A program made the translations under genes and the position numbers. From positions 23,220,412-23,284,411 of the forward strand of contig NC_068983.1 in the NCBI RefSeq assembly GCF_001194135.2: 64,000 bases of DNA, read 5' to 3'. This stretch comes from Octopus bimaculoides. Taxonomy: Eukaryota. The notes under the pieces are model-generated. The model had not been told where the DNA came from and made no database searches. It was given only the letters and a program-made list of their open reading frames with translations. Of the stretch, positions 1 to 12,512 are shown in pieces. Each line of letters begins with the position of its first letter. Positions within the stretch are counted from its first letter, which is position 1.

Positions 1-1634
1 CTGTTATACAAATATTCTTGGTTTTAGAAATCTTCAGACAGTATACAGTATTTTACATAGACACCTGTTAGTCAAACACCTTGCTTATGAAATATGGAAT
101 AGAACTATCTCGCTGACTATTTTACATTTGTCTGTCTTATTGGTGTGCTCTAGGACCAACTTGGATGTCTCCCAACTTTCTGTTATTCCTTTTATTAATA
201 ACTACCTACCAATCTCATCTCCAACACTATTCTTCAAAAGTGACATACTTGATATGAACTGCACTGATTGTATTCCAGTTCCACATCTTTTTGCTTTTAA
301 AATATTTCTAGTACTGAATTAGACAGCTTCTTGAGATTTTTCACAGTATTTTCATGATTTTCTATGCTTTACACGAGGTTACCCTATGCTTGTTTGCATG
401 CTGTATAATTTTTGTGATGTATACTTTGATTATTCTTTCTGTATAATCTAGTTAACCTTTGATCCATTATCTGTATTTTCTTGGTCTCCAAGTTTTCCCA
501 ACTGGAGTCTTATATTTATTCATAAAGGGTTTCAACCTTCTCACTGAATACCAAGGATGAACTTTTGTTCATCATTATTACATTGTATTTATTATAAATC
601 TTTTTACTTCCGTTCACTCACTTTTGCCCATTCTTGTATTCCTCTCCTTTCAGTAGAATCACTTGCATTTCCATCAATTCTCATAATCAGTCTATCTCTT
701 CGATTTCCATTTGACTTGGATTGTTCATGTTCTACTATTATGTTTTCATACAGCCTTAGAAGCCTGATATGTTACACATATTTTCTTTTCATATAAAGAA
801 AAAGCTTTTCAAAGATATATAATCTCTTTTACAGCATCCTAATTAAAAGCTCTTCATCCAAGGGAAATCACTGCTAGAATGGTGTAAAGTCTCGTCATTA
901 ACCAAGTTTTGAAAATAGTGCATTTTAGCTTTTCTTGTTCTTTGGCTACTATCCAAATCTTTTGTTTTTCTCATGGTTGGCAAATATTTTTTTTCCAGTT
1001 ATTCTATTTTGATGTCCACTTGTTGATTCCTACGCAACTTCCACAGATCATCTTTTTTGGCAGTCTTTTATCTTTCATCAACTCCCTACTCAAAATCTTA
1101 GCAAGCTTTAGCTTATTTTAATATGCTCAGTATTGTCAATTTTCAGTTTTATGTTAACTTCTTTAATTCATAACTATTACTTGTATTTATAACTTTACTG
1201 TATGGCAATAAAGAAAAACAAACTTTGGTACATTAAAACTACATTTTTTGTTTGAGACTTGAACTCTGAACTTTATTCGGTTGATCTTTTGGATGAAGAA
1301 TTCTCTTTTCAACATATACGATCAGTCTTTAAATTTTCTTTTCCCATTCATTCTATCTGCCACCACTTCTAGTAATGCAGCTTTTCAGATATTGTGTAAT
1401 TAAAACAATTCTTTATTGCTGAATACTGTGGCATCAATGGGTAAATTACTAAAATAAAAACAAAAAGGAAATTTTTCATCTTGTATTTTTACTTCATATT
1501 TCATGATGGAAATAAATGAATTTATATGTTCTGATTCCTGTAAGAGTTTGTATTTGGCTTCTTGTGTATCTTTTGTTTGATCATGCAAATTACTCATTAA
1601 TGTAAAAGTAATTGAAAATTGTTTGAGTAATATA

Positions 1635-2508
1635 CAAGGCGGTAGGTATCAAAAGGTTCCCGAACTAGTTATGTTTAATAAAAAATAGCTTATTTACCTA
1701 AGTTTTACCATCATCTTCTTTGAAGTGGTCACCTTGTGCAGCAATATACTGGTTCCAGCATTCCTGCCACTTTTGGAATCTGGACTGGAAGTTGTTTTTC
1801 ATAAGCAAGTCGAGGACCTTCTGCAAATTGTTCGGAGCTCTACAATGGTGTTAAAACAGCAACCTTTGAGCTGCATTTCCATCTTCGAGAAGAGATGGAA
1901 GTCCGCAGGTGCTTAATCTGGCGAATAGGGTGGTGCAGAAGTAAGTCATACCATGTTGTTTTTTGTTGAGAAACTCATTAAGGAGAGCTTGGTGATGGTG
2001 CATTGTCATCATGAAGAATTCTTTGCGTTCCACAGATCTGGTTGCTTTCACTGAATGTCCTCCCTCAAACGCGTCAAAATGTTACAGTAGAACTCTTGAT
2101 TGATGGTCTGGCCCTGGGGGGCGAATTCTTGATGCACAATACCACATTTCTGGCAGGTCTTCCAGGGACGTTCTTCTGATTTTGAAGCACTTGTACCACT
2201 CAAAACATTGCATACGACCCATTTCCTTGCCACCATAAGCTTGCTGAAACATGCTCAATGTCTCTAGCAGACTTCCCCAGTTTAATGCAAAATTTTATGT
2301 TGGCTCTTTGTTCCTGTCCATGACAAAATCGTAGACTACAGCATACACTTGATCATAAATTTCACAACTTGTGAAGTAAACACAGCAATGTCATTAAGCA
2401 CATTGCCTAATGAAGGTCACTGCTAGCTTTCATTGCACATGCAGTGGTGTGCTGCCATCTGTTGGCATGCAACAGAGCTAGTCTGGGAACTTTTTGATAC
2501 CACCTTTA
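1635..2508 (-). mobile_element. Mariner (Tc1/mariner) element, internally deleted, non-autonomous
   Basis: Degenerate TIRs (GGTATCAAAAGGTTCCCGAACTAG left, CTAGTCTGGGAACTTTTTGATACC right) after TA. - strand remnants: HTH1 (LSMFQQAYGG...CFEWYKCFK), GIVHQEFAPQGQTINQEFY, HHDNAP and PYSPD*APADFHLF. Confidence 0.9.
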
Positions 2509-2827
2509 TTCAGTTGAACTCAACAAAATTTGGTTGGTTAGTTTCATCAGACATGAATTAATGTCAGTTTAGAAGTAGATACCACTATCTAATTTCTGAC
2601 TTGAAAATATCTACAATTAGCAAATCTATCCTGCACACTGGATTGCAGTTTTCCTATATTCTTGATTGGTTACTCGTTTTTGTTTTCACAGTGTCTGTTG
2701 ACAGCCTCCACTTTCCACCTGTAAGGTTCAACACCACATGTCTTGCAGTTTTGTATTTTCTGTTCTCTAGTTGGTGTCCATCTGAACACTGTTTTTTCAT
2801 ATTGATGATTTGACTGCTGCAGGCTGT

Positions 2828-3066
2828 CATCATCATCATCATCATCATCATCATCGTTTAACGTCCGCTTTCCATGCTAGCATGGGTTGGACGATTTGAC
2901 TGAGGACTGGTGAAACCGGATGGCAACACCAGGCTCCAATCTGATTTGGCAGAGTTTCTACAGCTGGATGCCCTTCCTAACGCCAACCACTCAGAGAGTG
3001 TAGTGGGTGCTTTTATGTGTCACCCACACAAAGGCCAGTCAGGCAGTACTGGCAACGGCCACGCTC
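2828..3066 (-). mobile_element. Young RTE 3'-end copy, inserted into an older decayed LINE fragment (about 2600-3290)
   Basis: (CAT)n-CGTTTAACGTCCGCTTTCCATGCTAGCATGGG tail, near-identical to 24729-24920. The flanks join into HIDRMKNAI...KTVFRWTP-like remnants. Confidence 0.9.
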
Positions 3067-3877
3067 CCAATTGCATTCTTCATTCTATCAATGTGTCTTA
3101 GAGTCTTCATGATGATGTTCTTATTACTTCTTTGTTTCTGATGTGATTGTGGTACAAATGCCTCAGAACATTCTTGTCCAACTTTTTGGTGACTTTCCAG
3201 TCTTTTCTTGCATTTTGTTTGGATATAGGACTGTTGGTTGTATGATGTTATTGTACTGGCAGATCTAAATGCTAGTGTCCATGGGCCCAATTTTGTATGA
3301 TCTTTTTTTTTTTTTTAAATCCTTCAAACTTTAATCAGTTGTAAAGGCTGCAGATAAAAATAAACTGAATTTTGAATTTGATAACTGAAAATACCAAACC
3401 AACAAAAATCATAAATTTATCACTCGACACTTTTATACAATAGAACATGTATTTCTAGTTGTGCATATTTCTGGAAATAGTAACATTTTCGGAATATTTC
3501 ATTTGTCTGTAATGATTTCATTCAGCATGACATCAAAACTGATTTGGATTGCTTTCATCTGCTGCTTCTTTTCAGTCATTCAGGTCTGACAAATGTGTTA
3601 CTGACTGGGTTGCACATGAGAATTTTGAGTGTAGTTATTGCAAAATCTGACAAAGATTTGGAAAAAAAAAAAAAGTTCAGGGTTTGTCAAAAGTCCTGAA
3701 GGTGACCATATCCATGATTAAGCTATGAGTTGTTGCAGGAAACCATAAGTGTCCAAGAGCAGTATGATAATGTAATATTGCTTGATTAGTTGGAATTAAG
3801 TGAACTGGAGTCCTATGTATTTAACTGTTCCGACATAACTATTCAGACTATAGACAACTTTCAAGTTTGATAATAGA

Positions 3878-3936
3878 CGTCCAACCCATGCTAGCATGGA
3901 AAGCGGACGTTAAACGATGATGATGATGATGATGAT
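3878..3936 (+). mobile_element. Very short RTE 3'-end copy
   Basis: CGTCCAACCCATGCTAGCATGGAAAGCGGACGTTAAACGATGATGAT... Confidence 0.9.
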
Positions 3937-4420
3937 TGTATTGTATTGTAACGGAAAGAAAATCAAAATTTCTCTGATGGGTCATGGTAGAAGTTGAATT
4001 CAATTAACTTGAGAAGTATTTTTCAAAGAGTGGGGAGGGGAAAATTGCCATGCTTATCAAAATTAAGATTGCTTTAGACTTTTTTTAACACTACAGTGAA
4101 AAATGAATTATATGGATATAAAGTCTATTTTGTCTTCTCATTAATAAGGATGGGAGACAAAAACTTCACTGATATTTTGTTGGGAGTGGGTGTGTGGATG
4201 CTGGTATTTGTCAAAATGAGAACCACTGAATAAGATAATTTGAGTTAGATTTTAAAGATGCAACCCATGTTTTTCTTTGAGTTTTGATCCAAGATGAAAT
4301 TTTTTAATCAGAATTCATCAGTAAGGTAAACCAAAAACTGCCTGGTATGGATCATATTCACTCCAAAATTATCCAATTCATGATATTCTAGTATTACTGT
4401 GGGAGAAATAATTGTGCAAA

Positions 4421-4760
4421 TCATCATCATCATCATCATCGTTTAACGTCTGCTTTCCATGCTAGCATGGGTTGGACGATTTTACTGAGGACTGGTGAAC
4501 CGGATGGCTACACCAGGCTCCAATCTGATTTGGCAGAGTTTCTACAGCTGGATGCCCTTCTTAACGCCAACCACTCCGAGAGTGTAGAGGGTGCTTTTAC
4601 GTGCCACCGGCATGAAGGCCAGTCAGGTGGTACTGGTAATGGCCACGCTCAAAATGGTGTATTTTACGTGCCACCTGCACTGGCACGATCTCGCTTGAAT
4701 GTCTTTACACATGCCACCGGCACAAGTGCCAGGAAGGCATCGCTGGGCACAGGTGCGGCG
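4421..4760 (-). mobile_element. RTE 3'-end copy
   Basis: Same tail and 3' UTR modules as 24729-25038. Confidence 0.9.
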
Positions 4761-5955
4761 ACATTTGAAATTCATAATGTCAGATTTTGGGTCAGAAATT
4801 CTGAAAATTTAACTGTCAAAATGAGAGTTTTTAGGCAATTGCTATAATTTCCTTTTTTTTTTTTTTTTTTTTTTTCAGACACAAAAATGTTTTGAATATG
4901 AAGATATATATTTTTTGTTTTTGTTTTTGGCAAGGAAGATATTGCATTGTTTTTCCCCCAGTGGATTTATAGTGGGGTGAATTCATAGCTCTGGGAATTT
5001 AAAGCATATAGTTTGAGAAAATTTTGCAGGTTTATTAAAATTCTGAAACCTCAAAAGGTGTTGATATAAGAACAGTTAGAAAAGATAGTATGTCAGTTGG
5101 CATGTGAAGATACATATGTTGATAAAATCTTCTAACAACACAATTATTTAAATCTGTCAAGGAAGAGCTGAGCAGTGTGAGTGCTGAAAGGGATGTTGCA
5201 AAGTTCAGTCACCATGCAAGTTGTTGCAAAATTTGGTAACAAGAACTTGAAAGGGGGGAAAAAAATTAGAAACAACATGGCTTCATTGAAATCATCATTA
5301 TTTCTTAATTATCTCACAATGAAAATTTATAAATTATTAGCACAAGGTGGCAAAGAGCAAGTAAAAGTTACAAGAAAAACACAAAACAAATGCATGAAGT
5401 AAAGAAAGTGTATTTCTACATTACTAAGCTCTTACAAACTTGTAAATTATATGGTAGTCCATGTACAACCACAAATGAATATCCTCTTAACTAAAGTGAA
5501 ATTAGTGGGAAAATTGTGAAGACAGAACTGTTGTACAGCTGAAACATTTGCCAAGTTGAAAGAAGAGAACCACTTGAACTTTTCCAGATGATAAAGATCT
5601 ATGAAGTAATGCTGGAGAATTTGTTTGTGCTTAATTAACAGTGATGCAAAAATAGCTTCAATATCATCTTCTATTCTTGAGTTACCACAAATGAAGAAGT
5701 GTCAAAAATAATCCTGCATTCTACATCATCTGTGAAAGTCACAACAAAAACTTAAAACTTGTACCACTAAAGTTAGTGTTAGAAGAAAAAAAGCATGTAA
5801 AGTTGTTACTTGGTCATGTCACGCTAACAGCTGAATGATGTCAATTTCTTCATTGAGCATCTACATAATTTTCTTAAGAAAGCACACCCAAGTTTTGGAT
5901 ATATCTAACTTCTGATGTTTGTTTCTGGTGATTAAATCTTCCCTATAACATTTTT

Positions 5956-6140
5956 GGCGGGTGACACGTAAAAGCACCCACTACACTCTCTGAGTGGTTG
6001 GCATTAGGAAGGGCATCCAGCTGTAGAAACTCTGCCAAATTAGATTGGAGCCTGGTGTAGCCATCCGGTTGCACCAGTCCTCAGTCAAATCGTCCAACCC
6101 ATGCTAGCATGGAAAGCGGACGTTAAACGATGATGATGAC
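5956..6140 (+). mobile_element. RTE 3'-end copy
   Basis: GGGTGACACGTAAAAGCACCC...GGACGTTAAACGATGATGATGAC. Confidence 0.9.
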
Positions 6141-7338
6141 GAAACTAATATTGAGGATTGCGTTCTATGCCTTGACCCAAGCATAGAACAAGGCTTGCCT
6201 CTTTGAGCTGGGAAATGAATGGAATGCCTGGTGTGTTTCTTGTTGTGGCTACCCCCTCCTAAAAAAACTGAGAATAGGCCTGGATATATATATATAAAAA
6301 AAACTTCTTGTGTAACTTCTGCTAGAACAGATAAGAGATTTGACTGATTTATTAATAATACTTAAAAATTGTTAGATCTTTATATTGTTTGCCAATGAAG
6401 AAACAGATAAATGTTACTGTCAACAAAGTTTAGGTTTAGTATGAAATACCAAACCATTTTTGGTTTGCCTGCTGATGAATTTTGATAGTAAACATTTTTC
6501 TTTGGTATTATTGTCTTTGGTTAAAACTTATCCGAGAAACATGGGTTGAACAAGATCTGGAAGATGAACTCATAGGTGACCTTGACTAACTTAGCAATAA
6601 AATTTGTCAAAATATATTGTATGAGAGGAAACCCAGATACAAGGGGTTTGTAAGATTTGAGAATATCAGTATGGGCTGTTGGTGCTAATTTACAAGAAAG
6701 GTTGAATGTAGCTCAGTGATGTCTGCATTTATATAAACATGTAAGATGCTGATTAAGTATATTGTAAATAATGTTTACAATGGCCTAGAATAAGGGAAGA
6801 TTTTACTGAAGCAGTCTGGGTGGGCATAAAACTAACATTTGTAATGATAAAGAAACTTGCTTAGAATGACCGTGTACAGCAGACTCATCTCTAGANNNNN
6901 NNNNNAGTTTTATAGAAGCTTCTTCTGAAATTCCTACATTGTTTTTCACACATAGTGTAGATTGAACTATGTAAGATGCTGGAGAAAGAAACAGCTATTT
7001 CTTGAATACATATCAATACATACATCTAAAGCAAATTTTTTTCAGGGGCCCTTAAAATACTATTGTAGAACCTCAGTTTACTATTTTGTGGAACCTCAGT
7101 TTACTATTTTGTGGACCCCCAAAAATCTTATATGGACCCTGGTTGAGAACCATTGCTATAAAAGAATGGATACTAAAATGAGGATTGTGACCATAGTGAA
7201 TTCAGAATCGATATACTTTTTGAAACTTTGATGTTTTAGAATATTATTTGAGGAATTTGTCAACAGTTTTTGTTATATTTTTTTACTGAATGTAGCACAA
7301 ATTTTGAAATTGTAAAGATTTGATTATATATATATATA

Positions 7339-7699
7339 TGAGTGGTTGGCGTTAGGAAGGGCATCCAGCTGTAGAAACTCTGCCAGTAGAAACCGTTGCC
7401 AGTACCGCCTGACTGGCCTTGTAGGGTTTTCGAGCGAGATCGTTGCCAGTGCCCCTGGACTGGCTCTTGTGCGGGTGGCACATAAAAGACACCATTTCGA
7501 GCGTGGCCGTTTTCGTGCGGGTGACACGTAAAAGCACCTACTACACTCTCTGAGTGGTTGGTGTTAGGAAGGGCATCCAGCTGTAGAAACTCTGCCAAAT
7601 TAGATTGGAGCCTGGTGTTGCCATCCGGTTTCACCAGTCCTCAGTCAAATCGTCCAACCCATGCTAGCATGGAAAGCGGACGTTAAACGATGATGATGA
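7339..7699 (+). mobile_element. RTE 3'-end copy with a duplicated internal block
   Basis: GAGTGGTTGG(C/T)GTTAGGAAGGGCATCCAGCTGTAGAAACTCTGCCA occurs at 7339 and 7551. Confidence 0.88.
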
Positions 7700-8026
7700 C
7701 TATATATATCNNNNNNNNNNNNNNNNNNNNNNNNNNNNNNNNNNNNNNNNNNNNNNNNNNNNNNNNNNNNNNNNNNNNNNNNNNNNNNNNNNNNNNNNNN
7801 NNNNNNNNNNNNNNNNNNNNNNNNNNNNNNNNNNNNNNNNNNNNNNNNNNNNNNNNNNNNNNNNNNNNNNNNNNNNNNNNNNNNNNNNNNNNNNNNNNNN
7901 NNNNNNNNNNNNNNNNNNNNNNNNNNNNNNNNNNNNNNNNNNNNNNNNNNNNNNNNNNNNNNNNNNNNNNNNNNNNNNNNNNNNNNNNNNNNNNNNNNNN
8001 NNNNNNNNNNNNNNNNNNNNNNNNNN

Positions 8027-8340
8027 TTTATGTGCCACCCGCACAAGAGCCAGTCCAGGGGCACTGGCAACGATCTCGCTCGAAAACCCTACAAGGCCAG
8101 TCAGGCGGTACTGGCAACGGTCACGCTCAGGATGGTACATCTTATGTGCCACCCGCACAAGAGCCAGTCCAGGGGCCCTGGCAACGATCTCACTTGCATT
8201 GCCGGGTCTTCTCACGCACAGCACATTTCCAAAGGTCTTGGTCAGTAGTCATCGCCTCGGTGAGGCCCAATGTTCGAAGGTCTTACCTCACCACCTCAGC
8301 CCAGGTCTTCCTGGGCCTACCTCTTCCACGGGTTCCCTCA
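8027..8340 (-). mobile_element. RTE 3' fragment including the ORF2 C-terminus
   Basis: - strand [32 protein letters not shown] plus 3' UTR modules; the tail runs into the N gap. Confidence 0.88.
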
Positions 8341-8440
8341 TATATATATATATATACATACACACACACACAGTCGTACACAGTCATATGCTTACAAATA
8401 TTGTGTATATATGTAATAAAACAATATATACACAAGTACT

Positions 8441-8833
8441 CTCTTTTACTTGTTTCAGTCATTTGACTGTGACCATGCTGGAGCACCCCCTTTAGTCAAG
8501 TAAATCGACCCCAGGACTTATTCTTTGGATGCCTAGTGCTTATTCTATCCTTCTCTTTTGCCGAACCGCTAAGTTACGGGGACGTAAACTCACCACCATT
8601 GGTTGTCAAGTGATGTTGGGGGACAAACACAGGCACACATACACAGACATACATATATATATATATACATATATACGACAGGTTTCTTTCAGTTTCCATC
8701 TACCAAATCCACTCACAAGGCTTTGGTCGGCCCGAGGTTATAGTAGAAGACACTTACCCAAGGTGCCACGCAGTGGGAATGAACCCGGAACCATGTGGTT
8801 GGTAAGCAAGCTACTTACCACACAGCCACTCCT
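8441..8833 (-). mobile_element. tRNA-headed SINE family B (other copies 47337-47697, 54703-55105; fragments 36410-36490, 59087-59270, 59510-59600)
   Basis: - strand head GGAGTGGCTGTGTGGTAAG...GGTTCCGGGTTCA with A/B-box-like motifs, a CACCTTGGGCAAGTGTCTT block, a central (AT/AC)n run and a ...GACTGAAACAAGTAAAAGAG tail. Confidence 0.85.
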
Positions 8834-11800
8834 ACATTTCTCATATATATATCTGTACATAAACAGTGTACAAAGAAACTGAAGCACATATACCTGTGTA
8901 CATAGTTATATACAACATGCTTAAGCATATCCTTGCATGAACTTAAAGAAGACATACAGACATATTTATATATAAAGAGAGAAATACATGTCTATGTATG
9001 CGTGCATACATAAGTACCATTCTCATTCAACTTCCACTTCTCCGTGCTTGCATGGGTCAGCCAATTTGTTGAGGCAAATTTTTTACAGCCAGATGCCCTA
9101 CCTGTTGCTAACCTTCACCTGTTTCTAAGAAGGTAATTTTTCCTTTGGCCAGACATTTTCTTTTCTCAGAAGACTGGAAATGAACAACATTGCTTTGTAT
9201 GATGATGATGCTTTTTTGTATACATCGCGTGATGTCAAGACAAAGGTACACATACACACACATACATGATGGGCTTCTTTCAGTTTCCATCTTCAAAATC
9301 CACTCACAAGGCTTTGGTTGGCATATGTATATATTGAAAAATTTTCTAAAAATTGTCACTTCATCAAAGTCTTCATTCTATGAGAAAATGCAAAATTAAT
9401 TCCAAACAAAGTGAATAAACTTGAATGCTAAAGGATTAAATAAAAATATGCACAATATCATCTGATGGGTAACTTGAAAAATTATAGTATAAGTTTCCAT
9501 TAGTGAGAGCATGTAAAGGATATTGAGAGTGTAAGACAGCATATAATATATGATGATTTAGCTGTTCCTGTAATACATGCAGTCTTCCTGTCTCCTACTG
9601 TAACAGATGGTATCACAGACATAGAGATTTGCACACACTCATGTGTACATATATGTGCGTGTGTATACATGCACACACACACATCATTGAAAGTTTGAAT
9701 ATTGGTTTGAAAATGAAAAACTATATTTTTTTTAAAATCTGGGTCTTTTCTATTGGTTTTTTTGCTAAATCATTAATAGGATCGTAAACCAACAGCAGCT
9801 GTCAGGTGGTGATTGATATACACATACACACACAGTAGACATGCATTTCCTTACAGTTTCTGTTGACTAAAGTCACAAGTTATCGGTTGATTCAGGACAT
9901 TAGTACAAAGCACTTGTTTCAAGGGACTGCACAATGAGACTGAACCTGAAACTACGTTGGTGTGAAGTGAATTTCCCAACTACATAGCCATTCCTGTGTT
10001 TGTTCTCTTAACCACACAGCTATGTCTGTGTCTATGTACTCTATTAACTTAGGAGGCTTCCTTGTTACTTCAACTATGTGGTCATTTAACTTCAAAGAAA
10101 TACCAGTGAAGTCTTTCAAATTTTAGTTGTTTTGATAAAGAAAGAACTCATCAAATCACTAATTCTTAAAGTGACAAATATCAAACTCCTCAAAAAGAAA
10201 ATATTAATGAAGTTTTTTTGTGTCCTTTCTCTTAGTGAGAACATAAAATAGTTTGCAACCATATAATCGTTTTTTCTTTGCCCTAGTTTTGGACATTTCA
10301 AATATTTAAAAATCATCTAATTTTATTAACTATAGCAATTTGTCTATCCTCCACTTCAATCCTTAGCAACTTCCTTCAGAGAATATTGTATTAGATAATA
10401 TAGTCTGAGATGCAGTGTCTTTTTAAAAAAAACAGGATAGTCATGACTGGAATGCTTCAATCATAGGTTAGCTTGATCAAGGCTGACCTTGTGTTAAATA
10501 ACAACAGTTTTAGAAAGTTCTGAATTTCCTGTCTTTCCTTTAACCCTTTAGTATTCAGATTACTCTATCAAATTTATGGCTTATTCATTTACATTATTTT
10601 GCATTTATCATGCATTATCTCGTAGCTTTGAAATTTTAGTGTTGTGATTGCTTATTTTTAAAATGGCATTGCAGGTAGGTGTGAGTGGCTAAACAAGCAA
10701 GTGGACTATTTAGGTCAGATATAACTGGTTTAAATGCTTAAGGTTTAGTTTTACATAGCTTGACTTTTCTGAACTCAAGCCATTGATTAGATTGATATAA
10801 TGCATTCTATGTAAACATTGCTTTCTTCCCTATTTCTGTCTAATCATTCCATTACCTTAGAACCCTCAACTCTGCTAAATCATGCATGTATCACGATTTT
10901 CCAGTATCTGTGCAAAAAATTGGTTCTGATTTTTGATATGACTGCTGAAAATTTAGAGCTCATATTCATAATTGTTATAGTTTATATTTATCATCATTAC
11001 TGAAGATTAAAATTGATATGTAAAAGAAAAATAACATTTGTTTTTCAGTAAATGAATATTTCCATAACTGTTTTTGGAGTAAATATTTATATTCTCTATG
11101 TAACATAAATATAATAAATCTTATTTACTAAATTTCATCATCTTGTAATTTTGCTCTGCCCTTTCAACATTGTTAGAAGAAAAAAAGTTTTGTAATTAAT
11201 TTCTTTTGGCTCACAAAGCAGAATTTGTGGTAGCAGTAAAAATATTTTGAACTATTTAGGTTTGTCCTGAAACTTTGCATGGTGATGCAAATAAGTGTAC
11301 CCTTTCTACACATTTTTGGTTTTTACCAGTATGAGAAAATCATTTTGTTGGAAATGGTACAAAAGATGGGTTATACATGAATGGGTAATATGGGAAGTTT
11401 CAAATTGACTCAACTTGGAATGGTTAAAATGCTGAACTTACAACAGAAAATGCTGTATAGAAATGCAGATTTTGCAAATTATTTTTGGATATGTTGGGCT
11501 GTTGCCAGCAAGTTCATCAACTTAATGGGTTAAAGGTTAATATTTTTAGTATTTTATAGCTTGTTCATTACGTGGATACCCNNNNNNNNNNNNNNNNNNN
11601 NNNNNNNNNNNAAAGCACATGTACTATGCTGATGAATAAGTAGTACACAATTTCTGACATTGGAGTAGTATTTTACACTTTTTTCAAGTCTACAACTGCT
11701 GAAGTATTTTTTTTTTTTAGCACAAAGAAAAATATGAAAACAAAGAGAAAAATATAATTTTTCATATGGCCACAATAGTCGCATTTATTTCCCTGTGCCA

Positions 11801-12359
11801 CCCTAGCTTTGGAAGGTTATCAGTTACATGATGTATGTCTCTTCCAAAAACATATAGTTGAATGGTCTTTGCTTTCTATTAAGATGCAGAAGTTTCTAAT
11901 ACATAACATCAGATGTCGTCTGGAGCTCAGCATAGTAGCAGTGACCAGTAAACGAGTACAGATGAGTAGCATGGGTCCATAAATCTTCCTTTGGTCTTGT
12001 TCTGACACCTGTTTTTAAACCCTCAAGGTCAAAGCTGCTGCTTCTCCATTGAGAAGAATACTCTCTACATACAACCTAAAGAATTAGTTTTTGGATAGGT
12101 TATTTAAGAGAACTTCAGTACGTTGCTCATGCTATTTAAAGTTGGAATCTATTTAGAAGAGATAAAATTTCATCAGGGAACTTAAAATGGGTAAAAAAAA
12201 TATCCAACTCAATTTGATTTGTTTGCTTATCTCAAATGCAATACATTTGATCAAATATTGTCCTAAAAAAATGATATAATTATTACTAGATGTAATGAAA
12301 TAATTTTTATATCAGATTTGAAAACTAGCCTTTTCTTTCTTTTTTCTTTTTCTATTTAG

Positions 12360-12512
12360 TTCAAAGAACTTGTATCAAAGAAATTCAATGCTCCTGAAGA
12401 ACAGCTCTGCCTCATTTTTGCTGGAAAAATCTTAAAGGATGCTGACACATTAAGCCAGCATGGAATACATGATGGTTTAACTGTTCATCTAGTTATCAAA
12501 TCCGCTAATAGA
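12360..12512 (+). CDS. UBQLN: Ubiquilin exon: UBL domain
   Basis: tttctatttag|TTC...AGA|gtaagt; [51 protein letters not shown]; phase 0/0. Confidence 0.96.

Noticed and set aside
150-1600. Purine-rich - strand stretch with broken ORF pieces faintly like an R4/Dong-type non-LTR protein
   Set aside because: Too decayed to identify any diagnostic motif by eye; needs a tBLASTx or HMM search.
2899-2925. CTGAGGA-ctggt-GAAAccgg in the reverse strand of the RTE tail looks like a hammerhead core
   Set aside because: No stem II can form in 5 nt, there is no UH after stem III and no stem I; it is also antisense to the LINE.
1-12359. Search for ubiquilin exon 1 (start codon and the VKTPK-type UBL strand)
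   Set aside because: No matching exon seen; it is probably upstream of the window or in a gap, so it is not annotated.
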